This document shows, in pieces, positions 49,537 through 57,606 of a stretch of DNA of 64,000 bases. A program made the position numbers and the translations under genes. Source of the DNA: a phage; the sequence record PQ724393.1; one strand, written 5' to 3'. Every line of letters starts with the position of its first letter. Position 1 is the first letter of the stretch. Below the pieces are notes generated by a model. That model made no database searches. It was given only the letters and a program-made list of their open reading frames with translations, and had not been told where the DNA came from.

Positions 49537-49557
49537 CAAAAAAGGAGCCGAAGCTCC
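49537..49557 (-). terminator. Intrinsic terminator GGAGC-UUCG-GCUCC + U6 downstream of gene 41
   Basis: Stem-loop immediately after gp41 stop, followed by U-run. Confidence 0.6.
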
Positions 49558-50997
49558 TTAAAATTTGATAGATGCTGCTAAATCGTCTAAATCGCTTCTA
49601 TTAACACGCGACTGGCGATTGACCTCGGCTTGACGATTCATCTCACCTGTAGCCTCACGAACGGTGTTCACTGGGCCTGGGTTAGAATCATCTTCAACTT
49701 CGTACCAACGTTGATTTCCTTTCTTAACACCAATCTTAAATTTGTTGTAGTAGCTCTTATCGCCATAACGAGATTTAAGCTGCTTAACCATCTGCATACC
49801 CATCTGAGCAAACTCTTCTGTCTCGACCACGCCTAACATGAAGTCTGCAGTATGTGCAATACCAAAGGATTCAGCGATATCAGCCATATCGATTTCGGCT
49901 GCAACGTTCGCGCCACGAGTAGTCTGGGCCGCGGTCCACAGCAATAATTTCTTCTCTACTGCAAGGCCACGTAGTTCTTCGGCAACCATCTTAATCAATC
50001 CGTAACTGTTTTCAGAGAAAACTTTCGTACGAGACGATGCACAGATAGCCAAGTAGTCAACGATAACAACCTGAGGGACAAAGTTTTGTTTGAGCTTGTA
50101 TTCGTTTAATAATGCACGGAAGGTATCAGCATTAGCACCACCAGTAGGATACTGTTTAATCTTTAAACGACCTAAAGTAGCAGTTGAACGCCATTTATCC
50201 ATCTTAGCTTTATATTCGGGCCACGAGACATGACCATCATCGATATCATCCAGTGATACGTCCAGAAGGTTGGCATCAATACGCTTAGCACATACTTCCT
50301 CTGCCATCTCCATGGAGATATAAAGAACATCGTAACCGGATTGAAGGTAATCAGCAGCCAATGAACAAAGACCAAGAGACTTACCTACGTTTGTTCCTGC
50401 CAACAATACGTTTTCAGTACCAAACTCGGCACCGCCCTTGGTAATCTTATTCAGAATATTAAGTCGGAATGGAACTTTACGTGCTTTATCGGAATAACTT
50501 TTGAATCGTTCTTCATAGTCATCCATCCAGTCATGACCTAATTCAGAATCGAAACAAATCGATAATGCATCACGCATGATATCTGGAATAGCACCGATAC
50601 CTGGAAGTTTTCTATTTTGTTGCTCAACCGGAAGGTCGGCATTAGTTTGGATTTCAATGATTTTTGAAGTTGCATTATACATCGCTGCTTTCTGAACGTA
50701 TTTCTCCGTCTCTTTAACCAACCATTCTTGGTCTTCAGGTCCGGCATTCAGCGAACTTAAAAGCTCTTTAGCGCCTTGGTGTTCAACTTCCGAAAGCGTA
50801 CTGTTATCTAATGCAATGCTCAGCGCGTTCTTAGAAGGCACTGCATTATATTCATTGACATGTTTTTTAATTTCTTTGAAAAGGGTCTTTGCAGGACCCT
50901 GGTCAAAATAAGAATCATTCATATAAGGCCAGACCTTAGTGAAATAATCACTATTGCCTAGCAGTTGAGCCAAAATAGTTTCTACCACTTCCACCAC
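49558..50997 (-). CDS. 41: Replicative DNA helicase gp41 (DnaB-like)
   Basis: 479 aa; Walker A GTNVGKS and DnaB-family motifs. Confidence 0.9.
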   Translation of the reverse strand: MVEVVETILAQLLGNSDYFTKVWPYMNDSYFDQGPAKTLFKEIKKHVNEYNAVPSKNALSIALDNSTLSEVEHQGAKELLSSLNAGPEDQEWLVKETEKYVQKAAMYNATSKIIEIQTNADLPVEQQNRKLPGIGAIPDIMRDALSICFDSELGHDWMDDYEERFKSYSDKARKVPFRLNILNKITKGGAEFGTENVLLAGTNVGKSLGLCSLAADYLQSGYDVLYISMEMAEEVCAKRIDANLLDVSLDDIDDGHVSWPEYKAKMDKWRSTATLGRLKIKQYPTGGANADTFRALLNEYKLKQNFVPQVVIVDYLAICASSRTKVFSENSYGLIKMVAEELRGLAVEKKLLLWTAAQTTRGANVAAEIDMADIAESFGIAHTADFMLGVVETEEFAQMGMQMVKQLKSRYGDKSYYNKFKIGVKKGNQRWYEVEDDSNPGPVNTVREATGEMNRQAEVNRQSRVNRSDLDDLAASIKF

Positions 50998-51311
50998 CTC
51001 TTAGATTTAATTTTATCCAGTTCTTCTTGTATTTGCATTGTAACACATTTTTCTACATGAAGCGCTAGCTCTTCTTTTCGGTCTTCGGAAGGTGTTCCGA
51101 AATCAACCGACACTTTTCCATCTTTCTCAATAACAATATTCATCACATAAACGATGTGAGCAGTGCCATCGGGTAAAGTAAGCATAATTTCCTGCTTAAC
51201 CGAACCCATTGACTTACGGATTATATCTAATGATTTCTCATAATAACGAGGGTCACTAGGACCCTCTTCGGTATCTTTAACAAAATTATCTAAATCAGAT
51301 AAATCAGTCAT
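50982..51311 (-). CDS. 40: Hypothetical protein in the T4 gene 40 position
   Basis: 109 aa ORF between uvsX and 41. Confidence 0.4.
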   Translation of the reverse strand: MTDLSDLDNFVKDTEEGPSDPRYYEKSLDIIRKSMGSVKQEIMLTLPDGTAHIVYVMNIVIEKDGKVSVDFGTPSEDRKEELALHVEKCVTMQIQEELDKIKSKRWWKW

Positions 51312-52485
51312 GGTCGCTCACAAAATTCATATTTTCTAAATCGTTTTCTATATCAGCGGCGCTTTGGGTATTTCCACCTAATTTAACAGCAACGTTCTTA
51401 GAGACACGAGAGTTAATAAGGTCGTTCACCGCATCGTCAACTTCTTTAATAGAATTAATTGCACCGAGCTTATACTTATTCTCGATTGCTTCACGGAACG
51501 GAGCATGTTTAAACAGCGGTCCCCAGAACTCGACACAATCGGTAGCTTTAGCACGCCATGATTTTTCTTCTTGAACCATTTCACCTGTGGTTTCGTCAAG
51601 GAATGCACGATTATACCAACCAGCTTTAGGTTTCACAACAAAGCCAATATCAGTAGCCATTTCAAGCAATCCACTGAATGGGTCGATACCACCTTCAAAG
51701 TTCACAGTAATTGGGAACGTTGATTTCTCTTTAACAGTACGAGATTTTTCGGCCTTCAGGGTGAAGTCATAACCAGTGAGCTCGGTGCCATCTTTAACCT
51801 GACGTTTAGAGATAAAGAATACGGTAGAAGCAGAGTACAGAATACCGGTACCGCCACCCATAATCTCTTTAGGATACATTCCACCAATTTCCATAGCCGT
51901 ATGGTTAATTGCTACACAAGGGATATCCTTGATGGTCAGATAAGGTGTTACGATACGGAACAGAGATTTCAGTGACTTAGCACGGGTCATATCACCTACA
52001 ACTTTCTCGTTCAAAGCATCTTCGGTTTCTTTCTTAGAAGCGGTGTTACCGATGGAGTCGATAAAGATAATAACCTTTTCACCACGAGTAATTTCTTCTA
52101 ATTGGTTGGTCATGTCAACCTTCAGTTGTTCAACTGACTGGATTGGCGTATGAACCACACGTTCCAGGTCAACACCCATTGAACGGAAATAAGATTCTGA
52201 AGCACCGAACTCAGAGTCATAGAACAAGCAAATTGCGTCTGGATATTTCTTCATATATGCCGCAACCATAGTTAATCCAAACAACGTTTTAAAGTGTTTA
52301 GACGGCGCAGCAAAGATTGTCAAACCTGATTGTAAGCCTGCATTCAACGCACCACCCAATGCAATATTAAGCATAGGAATACGAGTAGGAACTTCGTCAC
52401 GACCATTAAACAATTTAGATTTGGTCAGGTCGGCAGTCATTTTAGAAGTAGAAGCTTTAATCAAACGGGATTTTAAATCAGACAT
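51304..52485 (-). CDS. uvsX: Recombinase UvsX (RecA-like)
   Basis: 393 aa; RecA core motifs, strong resemblance to T4 UvsX. Confidence 0.9.
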   Translation of the reverse strand: MSDLKSRLIKASTSKMTADLTKSKLFNGRDEVPTRIPMLNIALGGALNAGLQSGLTIFAAPSKHFKTLFGLTMVAAYMKKYPDAICLFYDSEFGASESYFRSMGVDLERVVHTPIQSVEQLKVDMTNQLEEITRGEKVIIFIDSIGNTASKKETEDALNEKVVGDMTRAKSLKSLFRIVTPYLTIKDIPCVAINHTAMEIGGMYPKEIMGGGTGILYSASTVFFISKRQVKDGTELTGYDFTLKAEKSRTVKEKSTFPITVNFEGGIDPFSGLLEMATDIGFVVKPKAGWYNRAFLDETTGEMVQEEKSWRAKATDCVEFWGPLFKHAPFREAIENKYKLGAINSIKEVDDAVNDLINSRVSKNVAVKLGGNTQSAADIENDLENMNFVSDHD

Positions 52486-52562
52486 TATATTTTTCCATAG
52501 GCATCATTATATTTTACTCACGTTTTAAGATAGGGTAATTATATCACTTCACATTTACAGCG

Positions 52563-53456
52563 TTAAAGGACCACGTCCTCATAACTTGGCATTTCGTGCC
52601 CAGAATGGATATGGGCACCGAAATAAATGAATTCAGCCAGACCAGGATGGAATACTAAACCTGGGTTCTCATGATAAATGATATGCGGTCTTGATTTCAG
52701 AATCTGATAATACTCAACCTTACTCGGTTTGAATTTAACAATCTCTACATCAGGACGATAGTCTTCACGCTTAAATGAATCATTAGGGTTGGTGATATAA
52801 AGACGAGCACCTTCAGCCGCAGCTTGGTCTACAACTCTTTCGAATTGATAGCACTTATCCGAAATACGGAATGGATGGAAAATACCATCAATTTTAATAG
52901 GCGCTAGACCTTCAGAGTAACGCTCAATTACTGCAGGATTAATTACCTTTTGGTCTACAAAAATCTTATCAGAGGATGCACCTCGTGACACCAGGACGTC
53001 TTTCTGGCATTGATTCAGGACTGTAGTATAAAGTGAACGTTCAACTGAAGCCACATCAATATCAATGAACTCGTCGATATAATAACGAGGAACTTCAGGG
53101 TCCATTGTGATATTAAAGTTGAATTGTACAGTATGAGCACCATCATAACCTGTGATATCGGTTACCAGTCCTGAGCAATCATAGTATTCGATTAGTGAAT
53201 CGACTACAAACTCATTTTCAGACCAGAAATGTTTACGGGTTTCATAAGCATTTTCTTTATACCAAAGTGGTACGAAATTCAGTTCTGGGAATAATTCAAT
53301 GCATTCTTTGATATCGCTCGAATTTCTAGGATAAGCCAGATAATCACCTGGACGAGCACGATTTAAATGGAGTTGAAAATTGCCGTCCTTAAGGACGGCA
53401 TATTCACCTGTTTCGTAACTACGCATACTGAAAATAGGAACGATAAACAAACTCAT
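52563..53456 (-). CDS. Unrecognised protein in the T4 beta-glucosyltransferase position; candidate DNA glycosyltransferase
   Basis: 297 aa, ATGA-coupled to gene 42; no resemblance to T4 Bgt that I can recognise; possible DxD-like FIDIDV. Confidence 0.35.
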   Translation of the reverse strand: MSLFIVPIFSMRSYETGEYAVLKDGNFQLHLNRARPGDYLAYPRNSSDIKECIELFPELNFVPLWYKENAYETRKHFWSENEFVVDSLIEYYDCSGLVTDITGYDGAHTVQFNFNITMDPEVPRYYIDEFIDIDVASVERSLYTTVLNQCQKDVLVSRGASSDKIFVDQKVINPAVIERYSEGLAPIKIDGIFHPFRISDKCYQFERVVDQAAAEGARLYITNPNDSFKREDYRPDVEIVKFKPSKVEYYQILKSRPHIIYHENPGLVFHPGLAEFIYFGAHIHSGHEMPSYEDVVL

Positions 53457-54151
53457 TTCAGGAAACCTCGGACGTAGTCAAAATCACGTTCAAACACGTG
53501 TGCACTTACCATGGTGTGGGAATACGTACCTAAACCAACACCACACTGTTCAGCAATAAATGCCATCAGTTTACCCTGCAGATAGAAATCCAGCTGCATA
53601 ACAACAGCGCAGTTTTGTGAACGCATATGGGTGTGTGCATACAAACGCCCGTCACGAATATAATACGTTACCGAATCGGTGCAAGGGTATTCTAAGGATT
53701 CGTCAGAATCAAGGAGGGCTTGGTCTTGTTCTTGGAGAATCTGGAACACAACTCTTCGCGAGTTGGCCTTTTCTTTAAGCTCTTTAAGTAGGGCTGGGAG
53801 TTGGGCCGCAATTCGAGGTCCATAGAAAGTGTTGAAGTTTGCAGGCAATACGTCACTTTTCGGCTTATCAATGAACTTAGCAACATTAGGGTATTCCTTA
53901 AATGCTTCGGCAGCGTCAGTACCACCAGAAATCATAAATTTCCAAAAGGATTCGGCATATTCATAACTGATACGATTGATACGTGGGTCGGTGAATTTAT
54001 AGGTGCTGACATCCAGTACTTCTATAGAAGCAGAACCAATTTCATAACAACGTCCGATACGAGAATCAACTGCAAACTGTGGAGCTTCCAGGATTTCTTC
54101 GTTCATTTGTTTAAATGCATTTTCAAAACTAACAGCGGTAATGTGTTTCAT
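53453..54151 (-). CDS. 42: dCMP hydroxymethylase gp42 (thymidylate-synthase fold)
   Basis: 232 aa; SRRVVFQI and CTDSVTYYIRDGRLYAHTHMRSQN regions align with T4 gp42 motifs. Confidence 0.7.
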   Translation of the reverse strand: MKHITAVSFENAFKQMNEEILEAPQFAVDSRIGRCYEIGSASIEVLDVSTYKFTDPRINRISYEYAESFWKFMISGGTDAAEAFKEYPNVAKFIDKPKSDVLPANFNTFYGPRIAAQLPALLKELKEKANSRRVVFQILQEQDQALLDSDESLEYPCTDSVTYYIRDGRLYAHTHMRSQNCAVVMQLDFYLQGKLMAFIAEQCGVGLGTYSHTMVSAHVFERDFDYVRGFLK

Positions 54152-54684
54152 TTATTCACCTTATTTTCAATATATTCGTTCAGACGTTTTAATTCTACCA
54201 TATCAACATTAAGCAAATTATTATGGCCGTCATGATTTAAGATTTTAAACACGTTTTCAAAACATGTTTCGTATTGCTGGATAGTTAGGTTGAACTCATC
54301 TTTGGTTAATTTAATAAGGTCATCTTCGAAGTCTTCGTCTAATGGGTTGCGAGTTAAAATAACTTCGATAACGTTAAATTCAGATTTAAACCCTTTCCAA
54401 TCTTCCAGTTCTACATAAGGGTCCATTTCACCACGAAGGAATCCCGAGTAAACAATATTACTAGGATACCCACGGTCTAAGATGTAGACAAAATTAGGGT
54501 CTAAAAACTTATACAGAGTTTCAACTAAAGCCTTGTCATTATCAGTCCCTAATGAAATGCATTTGCCATTAATCTTTTTAGGGAAATCAATAAGACGATA
54601 TTTCTTATCAGATAAAAGTGATTCAATTAAAGTAGACTTCCCGGAATTATCCGGGCCGTCGATAACAATGATTTTTGGTTTCAC
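54148..54684 (-). CDS. Thymidylate-kinase-like P-loop kinase
   Basis: Walker A IIVIDGPDNSGKST; TMPK-like DRG...SNIVYSG region; ATGA-coupled both sides. Confidence 0.6.
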   Translation of the reverse strand: MKPKIIVIDGPDNSGKSTLIESLLSDKKYRLIDFPKKINGKCISLGTDNDKALVETLYKFLDPNFVYILDRGYPSNIVYSGFLRGEMDPYVELEDWKGFKSEFNVIEVILTRNPLDEDFEDDLIKLTKDEFNLTIQQYETCFENVFKILNHDGHNNLLNVDMVELKRLNEYIENKVNK

Positions 54685-55079
54685 GGATGATATGCCTTAT
54701 AACTATCAAGAGTTCCTTCACGAACCAATTCTTTAAAGTGGTCTGGACGGATTGCTCGGTCATCGATGATAAAAGTATAACTCGGCTTGTGTGTAAGCAA
54801 ATTGTGATATTTCAATCCAATTTTTTCAAGGTTCTTAACCAATGCAGGAACTACTTCAACCAAGATTCGACCTGGGCCACATGAAGTCATGCCACGGGCA
54901 GTGAATAATGTAATCTCGTACCCTTCATCATAAAGCTTATTAATCATGGACACCATTTCGGTGTCCGGTTTAAAGTTCTCATAATCACGGTCATGGTTCC
55001 AAATCGTGATTGTGTTATCGATATCAAAACATAAATGTGGCTTATTTTCTACTCGATGCGACATTAAATTTTCTTCCAT
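54681..55079 (-). CDS. Small HAD-superfamily phosphatase
   Basis: HAD motif I FDIDNTIT, motif II LFTAR, Lys in THKP, motif IV FIIDD. Confidence 0.6.
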   Translation of the reverse strand: MEENLMSHRVENKPHLCFDIDNTITIWNHDRDYENFKPDTEMVSMINKLYDEGYEITLFTARGMTSCGPGRILVEVVPALVKNLEKIGLKYHNLLTHKPSYTFIIDDRAIRPDHFKELVREGTLDSYKAYHP

Positions 55080-56767
55080 TGTTTGTGGAGTTCAGTAGAA
55101 CCTGTAGGTTTATATTTTACACCAGTTTCCTGGTCAAGCAAAACCCACTTATCAGGACAACGAGTAATAATTTGAGCCGTGATAGGGTCACGAACTTCAT
55201 CGACAAATTCACCAGTAATAAGCTTACGCTTACGAGGATGCCGCTTCAGCAGCACACTCAGTTGGTACAAACCGTTATAATAAGCACCCAGAGCTTTCAG
55301 AGGGTTATTCTTAAAGTAACCTGCCAGAGCCATCCAAATAACAGCAATCCAGAGCTTGTGCTTAAATGTGCACATAGGAATATCGTCTAAAGGCATAACC
55401 TTTTCAATATCAACGAATACACGAGTTCCATTACGAGTTAATCCACCCCATAGAGGGTCTGAGTTAAATTTGTCATAGCCATCGATAGAATAAAGCACCT
55501 TAGCTTCATCATAAATCGCAGGGCCTTTAGAACTATTACCGAAATAACCACGTGGGTCGATGATTTTAATATCACCTTCGTCCGACAGCATAATATTACT
55601 GTAGTGCGGGTCGCCATGAATAAGTTGGTACGGCTCTTTATGTTCAGACAGAATTTCTAGTGCGTGGCGGAGAAGTTTTTCAGGGTCGCCTACTTTGAAA
55701 TCGTTAACATGGGTAATGCCTTGTGGAGCAAAGCCTTCAATCAATCCAGCAATAGAAGCATTACGAATAAGGACCTTGTCCAATACTTCTTTCTTAACAT
55801 CAGAATACCATTGCTCATCGGACGGATTATCGATAGTTCCACCAAATGAACGTAATGCACTAATGACCTTATAAACCATGAGGACTTTAGTTTCTTTAGA
55901 CATAAACCGGTAGGCATCTGCCATGGTGCGACCAAAGATACGTTCCATTTTAATGAATTCGCCTGGAGCAAAGTCTACAATGCTCGGAACAAATTCAGAA
56001 TCAATAGAATTATACCAATTGATTTCTTTAGATTGGATTTCTTTACCTAATTCGTTGGTAGGTACTTTAATAGCCAGATTCTCAGTGAACTCTAATTTAT
56101 TAAATTCACGGTTAATTTCAGAATCTTCATGGGCCCTAGCCAGTTTCAATTTGTCACCGACATCAACCACAAAGTCCAGCTTACGTTCAGTCAAATGGAC
56201 CATCGAATCCAGGTTGTCTGCAAGGTCTTCGCCATAATTAGAACGGTCGAAACCTGTCCAATTAGCCACCTGATACAAACCAACCACACCACCGCCAGTA
56301 CCAATTTCACGCAAGTACGGTTCTTCAAATGTAAAACGACAGTCGGTCCCATAGGTATAACAGTAGTCGTTATCCCACTCAACTTTATGACCTTCAGGAA
56401 TAATATCACACCAGTTAAACAAGACATTATGCCCGATGATATCTTCGGCAATGCAATCGATAGCATGAGCTGAACCGTTGGCCACATCTACGTTACGAAT
56501 AGTGAATTTAGGCTTATCACTGGTAATCATGTTAATGGATTTAATGTAACCCTTAACGAGGTCATTAAATTTGCTGTGAATAACCAGAATAATTTCATCT
56601 GATTGGTTACTATACAAATCATACAAATGTTTTAGTACTGTATGCTGTTTGTAGTTAACCAATACCTTCGGGATTTCGTTAGTAATTGGATACAACCGTG
56701 AGCCAAGACCCGCGCCTAAAATAACAACCTTTTTCATTATCTGTTCCTCAAGTGAATGTAGGTACAT
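55064..56767 (-). CDS. Bifunctional sugar-1-phosphate nucleotidyltransferase / APH-like sugar kinase (start may be at the internal MKKVV)
   Basis: N-terminal RmlA-like ILGAGLGSRLYPITNEIPK; C-terminal kinase Brenner-type motif LIHGDPHYSNIM and IIDPRG. Confidence 0.65.
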   Translation of the reverse strand: MYLHSLEEQIMKKVVILGAGLGSRLYPITNEIPKVLVNYKQHTVLKHLYDLYSNQSDEIILVIHSKFNDLVKGYIKSINMITSDKPKFTIRNVDVANGSAHAIDCIAEDIIGHNVLFNWCDIIPEGHKVEWDNDYCYTYGTDCRFTFEEPYLREIGTGGGVVGLYQVANWTGFDRSNYGEDLADNLDSMVHLTERKLDFVVDVGDKLKLARAHEDSEINREFNKLEFTENLAIKVPTNELGKEIQSKEINWYNSIDSEFVPSIVDFAPGEFIKMERIFGRTMADAYRFMSKETKVLMVYKVISALRSFGGTIDNPSDEQWYSDVKKEVLDKVLIRNASIAGLIEGFAPQGITHVNDFKVGDPEKLLRHALEILSEHKEPYQLIHGDPHYSNIMLSDEGDIKIIDPRGYFGNSSKGPAIYDEAKVLYSIDGYDKFNSDPLWGGLTRNGTRVFVDIEKVMPLDDIPMCTFKHKLWIAVIWMALAGYFKNNPLKALGAYYNGLYQLSVLLKRHPRKRKLITGEFVDEVRDPITAQIITRCPDKWVLLDQETGVKYKPTGSTELHKQWKKI

Positions 56768-56797
56768 TATACACTATTTTTAATAAATTGGTATTGC

Positions 56798-57298
56798 TTA
56801 AATCTTATCTTTACCGATTTCAATACACCGTTCTATTGCCGCCGGTACTTTGGTCTTGAGCTTATTGATTTGTTTCTTATAATCACGGGCTTTATCGAAG
56901 CTCTCGGTTTCGAGCATTTCGTAATAACGAGCCTCGTGGATGGAAATCTGTAGATTGATATGGTTTACGCACATCGCATACAGTTTCTGCTTTTTGTACA
57001 AATCATCTTGACGCTTCATTTCTGCCTGGTGTTTGGCTAGTACCGCTTCACGCTTAGACTCTTGTTCACGTTGGAATTCGATTTCCCTTTGAGCATATTT
57101 TGCACAGTTATTACCGCATTGATTATTAGCTCGGGTATACACAAGCCCAGAACCAGCACGGAATTTCATTTCACCGTCATATTGTTTCTGTTCAGCTGCG
57201 ATACGAGCTTTACCAACTTCATCAGCCGAAACTGCATCGCCATATTGGACCGCGCAACCTGATAGGAGCATACTCATTGCGATAATTAACTTTTTCAT
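56798..57298 (-). CDS. Putative lipoprotein with coiled-coil region
   Basis: Signal peptide with lipobox LLSGC; charged helical region. Confidence 0.5.
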   Translation of the reverse strand: MKKLIIAMSMLLSGCAVQYGDAVSADEVGKARIAAEQKQYDGEMKFRAGSGLVYTRANNQCGNNCAKYAQREIEFQREQESKREAVLAKHQAEMKRQDDLYKKQKLYAMCVNHINLQISIHEARYYEMLETESFDKARDYKKQINKLKTKVPAAIERCIEIGKDKI

Positions 57299-57307
57299 GG
57301 AATTCCC

Positions 57308-57544
57308 TTACTGTTTAACAATAATGATTTGTGCATTTGATTTACGTTCAGCGACGATGGCCCAGATTAAAGCCACTACCCAACCAATCATCGTCCAACC
57401 CAACAGGAGGTTTAGGAAGAAAATTCCGACATTACTACGAGTGCCTCGCAGAAGAGCCAGAATCCATGGTAAAAAGTAACCGATGAACATAATAACCAGA
57501 GAACCGAATCCTAAAACACCAGCACTAACGATTAAAGCTTCCAT
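57308..57544 (-). CDS. imm: Superinfection immunity membrane protein Imm
   Basis: 78 aa, two TM segments, NLLLGWTMIGWVVALIWA motif; position next to gene 43. Confidence 0.55.
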   Translation of the reverse strand: MEALIVSAGVLGFGSLVIMFIGYFLPWILALLRGTRSNVGIFFLNLLLGWTMIGWVVALIWAIVAERKSNAQIIIVKQ

Positions 57545-57574
57545 TGTAATTTCCTCATGTAGTTGATAGGAAGG

Positions 57575-57604
57575 ATACTACCACGTTCCTTGTGGTATGT
57601 AAAC
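57575..57604 (-). promoter_or_regulatory. T4-type early promoter upstream of imm (variant family)
   Basis: GTTTAC (57599-57604), 18 nt spacer, TAGTAT -10. Confidence 0.5.
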
Positions 57605-57606
57605 AC

